DNA from: Mobula hypostoma | Taxonomy: Eukaryota | NCBI RefSeq assembly: GCF_963921235.1 | Contig: NC_086118.1 | Span: forward strand, 19,718,001 to 19,782,000 | Length of the DNA: 64,000 nt | Reading direction: 5' to 3' | Part shown: piece after piece, positions 1 to 11,750 of the stretch | Layout: every line of letters starts with the position of its first letter | Numbering within the stretch: position 1 is the stretch's first letter | Made by a program: the position numbers and the translations under genes | Notes under the pieces: generated by a model | What the model was told of the DNA's origin: nothing | Seen by the model: only the letters and a program-made list of their open reading frames with translations | The model's database searches: none

Positions 1-61
1 ATCAACACATCAAAGTTGTTGGTGAACGCAGCAGGCCAGGTAGCATCTCTAGGAAGAGGTA

Positions 62-100
62 CAGTCGACGTTTCAGGCCGAGACCCTTTGTCAGGACTGA
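62..100 (-). ncRNA. Minimal hammerhead ribozyme copy with a G8A core change, probably inactive
   Basis: Minus strand reads tcagtc-CTGACAA-agggtctcggcct-GAAAC-GTC-gactg; stem I cagtc/gactg is intact. Confidence 0.5.
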
Positions 101-129
101 TGAAGGGTCTCAGCCTGAAACGTCGACTG
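97..129 (+). ncRNA. Minimal hammerhead ribozyme core lacking the 5' strand of stem I
   Basis: CTGATGA (97-103), agggtctcagcct stem II, GAAAC, GTC, gactg. The upstream bases are cagga rather than agtc. Confidence 0.55.
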
Positions 130-234
130 TACCTCTTCCTAGAGATGCTGCCTGGCCTGCTGCGTTCACCAGCAACTTTGATGTGTGTTGCTTGAATTTC
201 CAGCATCTGCAGAATTCCTTTGTGTTTGCATTTT

Positions 235-2385
235 TAATACCATTCCCATGACTGATGTCGGGCTCACAAGCCTTTAATTTCCTATGGTACCTCACCTGTC
301 TCTAAGGATGATTTAATTATCTCTGCTAGGGCCCTTGCAATTTCTGCACTTGCCTCCTGCAAGGTCTGAGGAAACACTTGTCAGGCCCTGGGGATTTGTC
401 CATCCTGATTTGCCTCGAGATAGCAATCACCTACTCCTCTGCAATCTATATAGGGTCCCTGACTTCGTTGCTGCTTTACCTCACTTTGATAGATTCTGTG
501 CCCGTCTCCCGAGTAAATACGAATGCAAAACATCCATTTATGATCTCTCCCATCTTTTTGGCTCCACACATAGCCATTCTGCTCTTTCAGAGGACCAATT
601 TTGACCTTTGAAATCTTTTTGCTCCTAACATATCTGTATAAGCCCTTAGGATTCTCCTTCACCTTGTCTGCTAGAGAAACCTCATGCATTCTTTCAGCCC
701 TCCTGATTCACTTCTTAAGTGTTCTCTTGCATTTTTTTATACTCCTCAAGTACCTCATTTTTCCCTACCTGCCTATAGCTGCTATGCACCTCCTTTTTTT
801 CCTCTCTTAACCTGGGCCCCAATATCTCTTGAAAACCAAAGTTCCCTAAACCTATTATCCTAGTCTTTTATTCTGACAGCTTTGTACTTTCAAAATTTCA
901 GTTTTGAAGGCCTCCCACTTACCAAGTACACCTTTGCCAGAAAACAGCCTGTTTCAATCCACACTTGCCAGATCCTTTCTGATACCATCAAAATTGGCCT
1001 TTCTCCAATTTAGAATCTCAACCCAAGGATAGGACCTACCTTATTCCATAATTACCTTGAAAATAATGGCATTATGATCACCAGATGCAAAGTGTATCCC
1101 TACACAAACTTCTGTCACCTGTCCTGCCTCATTCCCAAACAGGAGATCAAGTATTGCACACTCCTTCATTGGAAATTCCATGTACTGATTAAGGAAACTT
1201 TTCTAAACACATTTGGCAGACTCTATCCCATCTGGTCCTTTTACAGTATGGGAGTTCCAGTCAATATGTGGAAAGTTAAGATCACCTAATATCACAACCG
1301 TATGTTTCTTGCAGCAGTCTGCAATCTCTTCACTAATTTGTTCCTCTGACTGGACGGACTGTTGGGTGGTCTATAATACAGCCTCATTATTGTGGGCATA
1401 CCTTTCTTATTCCTCAGTTCCACCATAAAACCTCACTTGACAAGTACTTCAGCCTGTCCTGACTGAGCTCTGCCGCGTCATTTTCCCTAACTAGTAATGC
1501 CACCCCTCCCCTTTATTCCCTCCCGCTCTGTCACATCTACAACAACGGAACCCCATAATATTGAGCTGCCAGTCCTGCCCCTTCTACAACCAAGTCTCAG
1601 TAATGGGTACAATATTATAATTCTCCATGTTGATCCATGCCCTGATCTGCTCTGCCTTTCCTACAATACTTCTTGCATTGAAATATAGGCAAATCAATAT
1701 ATTAGTCTCACCATGCTTTAGGCTCCTGACTTTGTCTGAGATCTTAACAACATCCCTCTCCACAAGCACTCCACTATCTGCTCTGTCACTTTGGTTTCCA
1801 TCCCCCTGCAACTCAATTCTGGTCGCCTCACTGCAGGGAGTACGTGGAAACCGTAGAAAGGGTGCAGAGGAGATTTACAAGGATGTTGCTTGGTTTGGGG
1901 AGCATGCCTTAGAATAGGTTCAGTGAACTCAGCTTTTTCTCCTTGGAGCGACGGAGGATGAGAGGCGACCTGATAGAGGTGTATAAGATAATGAGAGGCA
2001 TTGATCATGTGGATAGTCAGAGGCTTTTTTCCAGGGCTGAAATGTCTAGCATGAGAGGGCACAGTTTTAAGGTGCTTGGAAGTAGATACAGAGGAGATGT
2101 TAAGGGTAAGTTTTTTACGCAGAGAATGGTGAGTGCGTGGAATGGGCTGCCACCGGCGGTGGTAGAGGTGGAAATGATAGGGTCTTTTAAGAGACTCCTG
2201 GGTGGATACATGGAGCTTAGAAAAATAGAGAGCTATGGGTAAGTCTAGCTAGTTCTAAGGTAAGGACATGTTTGATACAGCTTTGTGGGTCAAAGGGCCT
2301 GAATTGTGCTGTAGGTTTTCTATGTTTCTATGTTTCTAACTCAAGTTTAAACCCACCTGAACAGTACTAGCAAGCCTTCCCACTA
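235..2385 (-). mobile_element. CR1 LINE fragment (ORF1 end, APE endonuclease, start of RT), decayed and interrupted at 1817-2337
   Basis: Minus ORFs include CLYFNARSIVGKAEQIRAWI..ITETWL and KVKENPKGLYRYVRSK..IGPL; many stops and frameshifts. Confidence 0.85.
1817..2337 (+). mobile_element. 5'-truncated CR1 3' end
   Basis: ORF ERRRMRGDLIEVYKIMRG..FFTQRMVSAWNGLP; tail (ttctatgt)n; 7-bp TSD aactcaa at 1810-1816 and 2338-2344. Confidence 0.9.
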
Positions 2386-2609
2386 GTCAATCAGCTATGC
2401 ACTGTGTCCTGCAATCAGCTGAGCATCATCCTCGGCAACCTCAGGAGTTGTTGTGGCAATGGTACATCATGGTGAATGCACAAACGCTTTGGGATCCTCG
2501 CAGCATTTTATCCATTGCAAGCTAAAAGATTTCTGCAGCTGACTTAACTCCATTTGGTAGATTGGTAGTGGCACTTAACCCAATCAAGTAACTCTGACTA
2601 TCATGCTGA

Positions 2610-3040
2610 GTTACGTCCTAGGATGCGCTGGGACTATCCTCAGTGTGGTGTACTTAGAGTCATAGGATATCTTGGGTCTTTCAACATCAGACACTCTCGC
2701 CCAGGCAACCCAGCCAAGGTTAATGAGGCCCCGGCTTGTGTCCCAGCAGCATAGGTCCATGAGTCACACCTCTTGATCCATAGCCATCTGGTGACTTGCT
2801 CAGCAGCCTTTAACTCATGAAAGGTCTGGAGACAGGGAGAGAAATTGTGACAGTCCTGATGACTCTTTTCTCTGCAGGCCCTGTAATGCCAAGGAGAGAG
2901 TAGGTTCTGCAGAGCGAGCAGCCAGTAAAACCTCTACACCCCACCTCTATAGGCTCGCATCATGCTCTCCATCCCTGTCCCTGGCACTGCTCTACCAGCT
3001 CTTGGGGTACTTGGCTTTTGCCTCCTCAATCCAGTCGACT
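2610..3040 (-). mobile_element. HERO-clade (R2-group, restriction-like endonuclease) non-LTR retrotransposon 3' remnant
   Basis: Manual minus translation: EAKAKY/QELVEQCQGQGWRA*CEPIEVGCRGFTGCSLCRTYSLLGITGPAEKRVIRTVT..AAEQVTRWLWIKR, typical of the HERO C-terminus, followed by a 3' UTR. Confidence 0.75.
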
Positions 3041-3151
3041 ATCTATCACTCTAACTCCCTGAGTTCTCCTTCATCTGTGCTTAGAGATGGGACAGGATCA
3101 TATTAATAGTGTCAAGAACATGCCAGTTTCACAAAATATGCCTTAAAAGTT

Positions 3152-3689
3152 CTGAAATGCCTGTTTCACTGCTGCTGAAACTGTGTGATCCAGAATCTCC
3201 GGAGGGGAAGGCCCCGAGTCCTCGGCTTTGCTTGTTGCTCGGCGGCCGGAGTGGGGTCGAAGCGCTCGGCAGAGGATGGTGCTCGGAGAGGCTGTGTCGG
3301 AGGGCTGGTCGGAGGCTCGAAGTTTTTGGACGGATTCAGAGTCCGCTGCGGTTGGGTGCTTCCAATGGTGTTGCATCGGCAAGTTTGTGGTGCTTGGAGG
3401 TTCCTGGCAGAAAGAGTTTCTCCCTTCTACTGCCTGTGTGAGATGATGAGTCTATCGGGACTTTGAGACTGTTTTTTACCGTGCCCATGGTCTGCTCTTT
3501 ATCAAATTACGGTATTGCTTTGCACTGTTGTAACTATATGTTATAATTATGTGGATTTGTCAGTTTTAGTCTTGGTTTGTCCTGTGTTTCTTGTGATATC
3601 ATTCTGGAGGAACATTGTATCATTTTTTTAATTCATGCATTTCCAAATGACAATAAATGAGGACTGAGTGTCCTCATAATCTAATCTAA
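3152..3689 (+). mobile_element. Non-autonomous retroposon 'family A', 5'-truncated
   Basis: Homologous to 37027-38190, 47812-48259, 56232-56787 and 58334-59022; 3' end tgacaataaa-hairpin-(ctaat)n; TSD aaaagtt at 3145-3151 and 3690-3696. Confidence 0.85.
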
Positions 3690-4244
3690 AAAAGTTGTAC
3701 AGCTGACACTGCCCGCCAGCAACAGTTCTCCAGGGTTACTCTATAGATTGTATACAATCACAGAACTTTTTCCACCTTCAGCAGCAAACCCATTTTTTAT
3801 TTTGAGTCTGCCCCAACTGCATTTTCTGTTATAATTTATGCCTCCTCCACCTGCAGCTTAAAAGTTTTGCAAACCAGATCTGGCTAACAGTACATGGGTT
3901 TTGCTTCCAGATAATTGAGAATGTGAGTCTTAAATCCAATATTACAACCAGAGAAGAGATTCTTTTTTCTGTTCCGGAGGTGCTCAATAAAATAATGTAT
4001 CCACTGGCTGCCCTCTCCCCAAGCTACTGGTCACAATTATTGCAGCATTTTCTCTCTGTTCTTGCACGAGACAATCCACAACAGTTCATACCATCCCACC
4101 AAGACTAAGACAGCCTGCAATAAACAATTACTCATCCATGGCATAACCATTAACAACAAATCACACCCACATCAACCAGCAGCTTCACTGGACAACAACA
4201 TATAGAAGTTTAGATCACTCATATACAGAGTATTTTGTATATTC

Positions 4245-4515
4245 TGAACACCACCCTTTGGGAAAGATATGAAGCAAAATTGTCCACAGAGGGATATGGT
4301 TTGAATAAGGCATTTTTGTTTTCTTGGCACTAATAAAGCTAAGAGGGAACTGAAAAGATGTATTTTAAATCATGAATGGTATAGACATATGGAGAGAAAT
4401 TGTCCCCAATAATAGAGGGGTCAAGAAGCAGAGGAGATAAAATTAAGGTAATTGGTAAAAGAGCCTAGAATTACATGAGAGAAGTATTGTTTTACAGTGA
4501 CTGACTGGAATGTCA
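4245..4515 (+). mobile_element. Very old CR1 3' fragment
   Basis: Degenerate similarity to the CR1 ORF2 C-terminal region (aaatcatgaatggtatagac..agaggagataaaattaaggt). Confidence 0.4.
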
Positions 4516-4519
4516 AAGG

Positions 4520-4720
4520 GGCACTACAGCGATCCCTGCAGTGGTACACTTCCAGCAATCCAAGTTCAATCCTGACCTCTAGTGTTGTCTGTATATAGTT
4601 CACACATTCTCCCTATGACCACATAGGTTTTCCCCAGGTGCTCCAATTTCCTCCTACTGTGTATCCCAAAGATACGGCTAATTGTCTGTAAGTTAAATCA
4701 GGAGGAATTGTTTGCATGTG
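4520..4720 (+). mobile_element. Degraded tRNA-derived SINE (V-SINE/HE1-like)
   Basis: B-box-like agttcaatcc followed by the V-domain-like ggttttccccaggtgctccaatttcctcc. Confidence 0.55.
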
Positions 4721-4754
4721 ACACAGGTCAGAGGTGCGTGTATGTACATGTGTG

Positions 4755-4961
4755 GGAGGGAGGAAGATGGCTGTTGTTACGTTGCTCGCTGTGTTCTGTC
4801 TTGTCGCTTTCTATGTTGTTCTGCTGAGCATTGTGGGTATGCTATATTGGCAATGTAATGTGTGGTAATGTTTACAGGCTGCCTTCGGAACACCTTAATG
4901 CAAACAACACATGTCACTGCCTGCTTTGATGTACACAAGATAAGTAAACTTGAATCTTGAA
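4755..4961 (+). mobile_element. Short non-autonomous retroposon 'family C'
   Basis: Begins ggaagatggc and ends in the LINE-like tail agtaaacttgaatcttgaa; single copy here. Confidence 0.4.
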
Positions 4962-5129
4962 CTCCTTGGGCTTCCCAGTCTGTTTGTATCACCCCAGATT
5001 GTGGAATAACAATCCATCACTTTTCTCCCTCCCCACAATGACCATATTGGTCTTTCTCACCTTTCATGACCTTGCAGCCCAGGAATTCCCACTGAATTTC
5101 CTGCCTTTGACCACATCCTAGGACTGTCT

Positions 5130-6023
5130 TGGGGGAACTCCCCTCTCCTGCAGAGTCACACCTGCCAGAAGTGCATACGGCTTGGTGATCTGGAAGACCG
5201 TGTAAGGAATCTGGAGCAGCAGCTGGATGACCTTCGACTCATAAGGGAGAATGAGGCAGTCATAGATGAGAGCTACAGGAAGGTAGTCACACCTAGGCCG
5301 TCTGAAGCAGGTCGTTGGGTGACAGTCAGAGGGGGGAAAGCGAAGGTGAGCAGACAGGTAGTGCAGAGCACTCCTGTAGCCATTCCCCTAAATAATAAGT
5401 TTACCGTCCTGGATACTGTTGGCGGGGACGACCAACCAGGTGTGAGCCACGGTGGCAGGGCCTCCAGCACTGAGTCTGACCCTGTGGTGCAGAAGGGTGG
5501 GATGGAGAAGAGGAGAGCTGTCGTCATTGGAGACTCTATAGTCAAGGGAGCAGACAGGAGATTTTGTGGACATGAGAAGGACACCCGCATGGTTTGTTGC
5601 CTCCCGGGTGCCAGGGTCCGGGATGTCTCTGACCGGGTGCACGGCATCCTGGTACGAGAGGGAAAGCAACCAGAAGTCGTGATGCATGTTGGGACCAACA
5701 ACATAGGCAGGAAGAGGGATGAGGTCCTGAAGTGTGAGTTTCGGGAACAAGGCAGAAGGCTGAAGAACAGGACCTCAAGGGTGGCGTTCTCAGGATTGCT
5801 GCCAGTGCTACGTGACAGTGATGGTAAGAATTGGAGGAGATGGCAGTTGAATGCATGGCTCAGGAGTTGGTGCAGGGAGCAGGGTTTTAGATTTTTAGAT
5901 CATTGGGATCTCTTCCGGGGAAGGTGGGACCTGTACAGATTGGATGGGTTGCACCTGAACTCGAGGGGGAGCAATATCCTTGCAGATAGGTTTGCTAGCA
6001 TGGTTCAGGAGGGTTTTAACTAA
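5130..6023 (+). pseudogene. CR1 ORF1: Cys motif, coiled coil and SGNH/GDSL esterase domain
   Basis: ORF 5319-6023 has VVIGDSIVKG, VMHVGTNNIG and DGLHLNSRG; upstream reads CQKC..RVRNLEQQLDDL. Confidence 0.9.
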
Positions 6024-6058
6024 TTTGTGAGGGGGATGGGACCCAGAGCGATAGAGCA

Positions 6059-8935
6059 GTGAAAGAAGTGCATGGAGTAAAGCCAGATCTAACATATAGA
6101 AAGGTTTTGAGGAAAGAGAAGCAGAATAAACGGTGTAAAGACAGTAAGGTAGAAGGGCTGAAATGTGTGTACCTCAATGCAAGAAGCATCAGGAACAAAG
6201 GTGAAGAACTGAGAGCTTGGATACATACATGGAATTATGATGTATTGGCCATTACAGAGACTTGGCTGGCACCAGGGCAGGAATGGATTCTCAATATTCC
6301 TGGATTTCAGTGCTTTAAAAGGGATAGAGAGGGTGGAAAAGGGGAAGGAGGGGTGGCATTACTGGTCAGGGATACTATTACAGCTACAGAAAGGGTGGGT
6401 AATGTAGCAAGATCCTCTTTTGAGTCAATATGGGTGGAAGTCAGGAACAGGAAGGGAGCAGTTACTTTATTGGAGGTATTCTATAGGCCCCCTGGTAGCA
6501 GCAGAGATACAGAGGAGCAGATTGGGAGGCAGATTTTGGAAAGGTGAAAAAATAACAGGGTTGTTATCATGGGTGACTTTAACTTCCCTAATATTGATTG
6601 GCACCTGATTAGTTCAAAGGGTTTAGATGGGGCAAAGTTTGTTAAGTGTGTCCAGGGTGGATTCCTGTCACAGTATGTGGACAGGCCGACCAGGGGGAAT
6701 GCCATACTAGATCTAGTACTAGGTAATGAACTGGATCAGGTCACAGATCTCTCAGTAGGTGAGCATCTGGGGGACAGTGCCACCGCTCCCTGGCCTTTAG
6801 CATTATCATGGAAAAGGATAGAATCAGAGAGGACAGGAAAATTTTTAATTGAGGAAAGGCAAATTATGAGGCTATAAGGCTAGAACTTGCGGGTGTGAAT
6901 TGGGATGATGTTTTTGCAGGGAAATGTACTATGGACATGTGGTCGATGTTTAGACATCTCTTGCGGGATGTTAGGGATAAAATTGTCCCGGTTAGGAAGG
7001 TAAAGAATGATAGGGTGAAGGAACCATGGGTGACAAGTGAGGTGGAAAATCTAGTCAGGTGGAAGAAGGCAGCATACGTGAGGTTTAGGAAGCAGGGATC
7101 AGATGGGTCTATTGAGGAATATAGGGAAGCAAGAAAGGAGCTTAAGAAGGGGCTGAGAAGAGCAAGAAGGGGGCATGAGAAGGCCTTGGCGAGTAGCGTA
7201 AAGGAAAACCCCAAGGCATTCTTCAATTATGTGAAGAAAAAAAGGATGACAGGAGTGAAGGTAGGACCAATTAGAGATAAAGGTGGGAAGATGTGCCTGG
7301 AGGCTGTGGAAGTGAGCGAGGTCATCAATGAATACTTCTCTTCGGTATTCACCAATGAGAGGGAACTTGATGATGGTGAGGACAGTATGAGTGACGTTGA
7401 TGTTCTGGAGCATGTTGATATTAAGGGAGAGGAGGTGTTGGAGTTATTAAAATACATTAGGACAGATAAGTCCCCGGGCCCTGACGGAATATTCCCCAGG
7501 CTGCTCCATTAGGCGAGAGAAAAGATTGCTGAGCCTCTGGCTAGGATCTTTATGTCCTCGTTGTCCATGGGAATGGTACCGGAGGATTGGAGGGAGGCGA
7601 ATGTTGTCCACTTGTTCAAAAAAGATAGTAGAGATAGTCCAGGTAATTATAGTCCAGTGAGCCTTACGTCTGTGGTGGGAAAGCTGTTGGAAAAGATTCT
7701 TAGAGATAGGATCTCTGGGCATTTAGAGAATCATGGTCTGATCAGAGACAGTCAGCATGGCTTTGTGAAGGGCAGCTCATGTCTAACAAGCCTGATAGAG
7801 TTCTTTGAGGAGGTGACCAGGCATATAGATGAGGGTAGCGCAGTGGATGTGATCTATATGGATTTTAGTAAGGCATTCGACAAGGTTCCACACGGTAGGC
7901 TTATTCAGAAAGTTAGAAGGCCTGGGATCCAGGGAAGTTTGGCCAAGTGGATTCAGAGTTGGCTTGCCTGCAGAAGGCAGAGGGTGGTGGTGGAGGGAGT
8001 ACATTCAGATTGGAGGATTGTGACTAGTGGTGTCCCACAAGGATCTGTTCTGGGACCTTTACTTTTCATGATTTTTGTTAACGACCTGGATGTTGGGGTA
8101 GAAGGGTGGGTTGGCAAGTTTGCAGACGACACAAAGGTTGGTGGTATTGTAGATAGTGTAGAGGATTGTCAAAGGTTGCAGAGAGACATTGATAGGATGC
8201 AGAAGTGGGCTGAGAAGTGGCAGATGGAGTTCAACCTGAAGAAGTGTGAGGTGGTACACTTTGGAAGGACAAACTCCAAGGCAGAGTACAAAGTAAATGG
8301 CAGGATACTTGGTAGTGTGGAGGAGCAGAGGGATCTCAGGGTACATGTCCACAGGAAAGTTGCCTCACAGGCGGATAGGGTAGTTAAGAAAGCTTATGGA
8401 GTGTTAGCTTTCATAAGTCGAGGGATAGAGTTTAAGAGTCGCGATGCAGCTCTATAAAACTCTGGTTAGGCCACACTTGGAGTATTGTGTCCAGTTCTGG
8501 TCACCTCACTATAGGAAAGATGTGGAAGCATTGGAACGGGTACAGAGGAGATTTACCAGGATGCTGCCTGGTTTAGAAAGTATGCATTATGATCAGAGAT
8601 TAAGGGAGCTAGGGCTTTACTCTTTGGAGAGAAGGAGGATGAGAGGAGACATGATAGAGGTGTACAAGATAATAAGAGGAATATATAGAGTGGATAGCCA
8701 GCACCTCTTCCCCAGGGCACCACTGCTCAATACAAGAGGACATGGCTTTAAGGTAAGGGGTGGGAAGTTCAAGGGGGATATTAGAGGAAGGTTTTTTACT
8801 CAGAGAGTGGTTGGTGCGTGGAATGCACTGCCTGAGTCAGTGGCGGAGGCAGATACACTAGTGAAGTTTAAGAGACTACTAGACAGGTATATGGAGGAAT
8901 TTAAGGTGGGGGCTTATATGGAAGGCAGGGTTTGA
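6059..8935 (+). pseudogene. CR1 ORF2 APE endonuclease-reverse transcriptase, disrupted
   Basis: YLNARSI, ITETW, MGDFNFP, SGVPQGSVLGPLLF and KFADDTK motifs; broken by stops (6545-6547, 7510-7512) and frameshifts (~6780, ~8443). Confidence 0.93.
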
Positions 8936-9014
8936 GGGTTGGCACAACATTGTGGGCTGAAGGGCCTGTACTGTGCTGTACTATTCTATGTCTATGTCTA
9001 TGTCTATCACTATT

Positions 9015-9220
9015 GCTCTTAATGAACTGCCAGAGGAAATGGTTAATGCAAGTACATTGACAACATTTGAAAGGCTGTTGGATGGGTATGCAGACAGGAA
9101 AGATTCAGAGGGATTTGAGCCAATCACAGGCAACTGAGACTAGGCTAGATATGAATCTAAGTCAGCATGGACTTTTTGGGCCAAAACGTCTGCTGCCATG
9201 TTGTGTGACTCTATGATTCC
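9015..9220 (+). mobile_element. Old CR1 3' end
   Basis: aatgaactgccagaggaa..tgggccaaa..gactctatgattc, CR1-type 3' UTR. Confidence 0.6.
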
Positions 9221-10578
9221 AAGTGAACTGATTACGCCATTAGATTTTTCAAGTCATTTATGGTTCTTTTACTAAGCACCTTCATTTTGTGTTTTCTGCT
9301 TCTTGGCTAATGCGAAGAGTTTCAATCAATCCACAAAATCCGGACACTTCATGATTTTACACCCCTTTATTGTTTGCCCTTTCAGACTCTCAAAGCCAGG
9401 TAGAACAAAACAGCTTCTCTGGTCATCCAAATGAAAAAGGACCCTCATCCTTAGCATCACTCTGGTTAATTATCTAGAAAAAGTCATTTACTGGTGGCTA
9501 GTCTACATACTCCATTGATCATCAACTTATTTCAAATTAGTTTGGGTGAATTCTCTTATTGACCATTCTGCAGTGATTCCAGAATACCCCATCCAAAAAT
9601 GTCTGGAAACCACAGCTCTTTTCCAGTGCTTCATCTGAACTCAAATGCACCAGTCATCTCCTGAGTTACCTACCTCACTTCATGCACCAAGCTCACAGCT
9701 GACAAAAGCATCAGGCAGTACCAGATTGAAATGGTCCATTGAGATGGTTAATGCCTTCTCATTCATATGAGCACTGGTCTGCAGCCTGTGCTATGATCAG
9801 ACTCAATGTTGTTTTGTTTGTCTCCTACCCTTCCACCAGCAACAATATCACTTTATTTCTCCATTCTGTATCCTACCCAGGAACACTTGTTCATTCCTTA
9901 TATAGCACAAATGGCTGAGTCCACCGAGCTCACTCACGCTTCACCTTAACTACGGCCAGCTGTCATTGGTGCTACTTAGAGAGCCCTATTCTCTAAACCT
10001 TTCACTCTAATTCATCCCTCAAGTGAACTCAATACCAGTGTATTGACACTTTGGTATTGCTACTTGTGAAGGCCAGTCACCAATGCAGAGCTAACAACAG
10101 AAACCTCAGCCGGAGCAGTGGTAGGTACAATAATCTATCAATGTCAAATTGGACTTACACTTGGTACTCAAAGTTCTCCTCACACTTTATGTAGCATAGA
10201 CAGCATATTAGTTACAGGAAGTCCAAAACACTTGCTTACTGGAATCAAGAACTTAGGCTTTTAAAAATAATTTCAAAATCCACCCTGGCAGTTGGTTGGG
10301 GAATATTTATTTAATGTACTGGTTAGAGTTAGAATAAAAATCTTTTATCACTAACAGTGACCATAAATCTAATTGCTATTAAAACTTTTCTGACTCACTA
10401 AAATGATGAACAATAAAATGTAGAAGCAGGAACAGGCCATTCTTGCACTGCCTTCCAATACAATCATGGCTGACCTTATACATCGATATCGTATTGCTAC
10501 TTTTGCATCAGATCCCTTGATGCTTTCTGTGTCTAGAAATATAGTTCTCTATCTTCTTCTTAAAAGTATTCATGACAC

Positions 10579-10873
10579 TTTCAGGCACATGCAGGCACCT
10601 CCCAGTCTTCACCTGGATAACAGGAGTCACCAGCCATTTGTTTCTAACTCATCACCTGCAGCCTATTTAAACCCTATTCACAACCACAGTCCTGGTTCAC
10701 TCTTTGAATCAGACAGCCTCAATCAGTTACCTTGTTGTCTGTTATGTTTAAAATCTGTTATCTCTCATTTTGTGGCCACTAGTGGCTTCTTATTTTGCGG
10801 TCTTTTATTAACACTATTGTTTATTGCTGAACCATCTTTCTGTTCTGCTTTTGGCTCAAGCCTCCTCTATATT
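10579..10873 (+). repeat. 5' LTR of the Gypsy element (3' end and PBS eroded)
   Basis: Aligns to 18633-18957: caggcacctcccagtc, tcatcacctgcagcctatttaaaccc, tttggctcaag. Confidence 0.85.
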
Positions 10874-10874
10874 G

Positions 10875-11750
10875 ACCCAGAGAGTATGCTCGCGTAAAGG
10901 AAGTTGTTTGTTGACATGAGGCCACATCCAGAAGCAGCAGGACACCATTGGCCATCTGCTCACCATTCCCTTCGAACTCTCCGTCTTTATACAGCAATCC
11001 CACACCAGTAAACTTCATCCCTCTGCGCCCCAGATTCCGGTGCCCAAACGCTTTGACAGATCTGCAGCTCGATGCTGCAACTCCCTGTCCCAGTGCACCT
11101 TACACTTCAAACTCCAGCTGTCTCTGTATTCTACAGACCGAGCCAAGATTGCCTTCCTTATTTCTATCTTGACTGGGTGAGCTCTGACCTGGGTGGCAAC
11201 TAACTGAGACAGTAAAATCACTTCTTGCAACAAATATGAGGAATTCATTGCAGAAATACACCAGGTTTTTGACCATTCTGGGAAGGGGAAGGGCAGCAAC
11301 CGATCGGATCCTTCAGCTGCATCAAGACTCAAACTCTGTGCTGGATTACACCATGGAATTCAGAGCTCTCATGATGGAGTGGAGCTGGAATGCGGATGTG
11401 CTGTTGGCTCTTTACCATCACAGCCTCTTGGAACACTTGAAAAATGAGTTGTTCACCCAGTAGATGTCCACTGACCTCAGAAGCCTCATCACCCTGACCC
11501 TCTGCATTGACAAGCATCTTATGGAATGACCCTCCAGATGATAAGCCAGGACCCCAGTTCCATTCCCAGAACTATTTCACACTGCAGGACCCTCATCATC
11601 AATGCTCCAGAACCCATAAAGTTAGGGAGAGCTCTCTTAATCCCCGAAGAGTATGAGCGTTGGTGGAGAAAAGTTTGTGTACTTAATGTGAAGCAGCCAA
11701 TCACCAACGCATCAAATGCCCACTCTGTCTGGGAAGTGCTGCCATCAGGT
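10875..11750 (+). pseudogene. Gypsy gag remnant
   Basis: KRFDRSAARCCNSLSQCTLHF; ILQLHQDSNSVLDYTMEFRALMMEWSWNADVLLALYHHSLLEHLKNEL; PEPIKLGRALL. Confidence 0.8.

Larger units (their letters stand above)
1..230. mobile_element. Palindromic element made of two head-to-head Penelope-like terminal-repeat (pLTR) segments; left end runs off the window
   Basis: 5-94 is the near-perfect reverse complement of 97-186 with a 2-nt centre (GA, 95-96). The sequence matches the terminus of the Penelope copy at 48268-48410 and ends in ...ccagcatctgcagaattcc..tttgc. Confidence 0.85.
5128..9006 (+). mobile_element. Near-full-length CR1 LINE (5' UTR and ORF1 start missing)
   Basis: ORF1 esterase followed by ORF2 APE-RT; 3' tail ctattctatgtctatgtctatgtcta. 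Confidence 0.95.

Noticed and set aside
10572..10578. Gypsy TSD
   Set aside because: Only gac is shared by the two flanks and the 5' LTR start is mutated, so no TSD can be called.
10466..10897. 143-aa ORF
   Set aside because: Runs across an antisense CR1 tail and the Gypsy 5' LTR; no protein motif.
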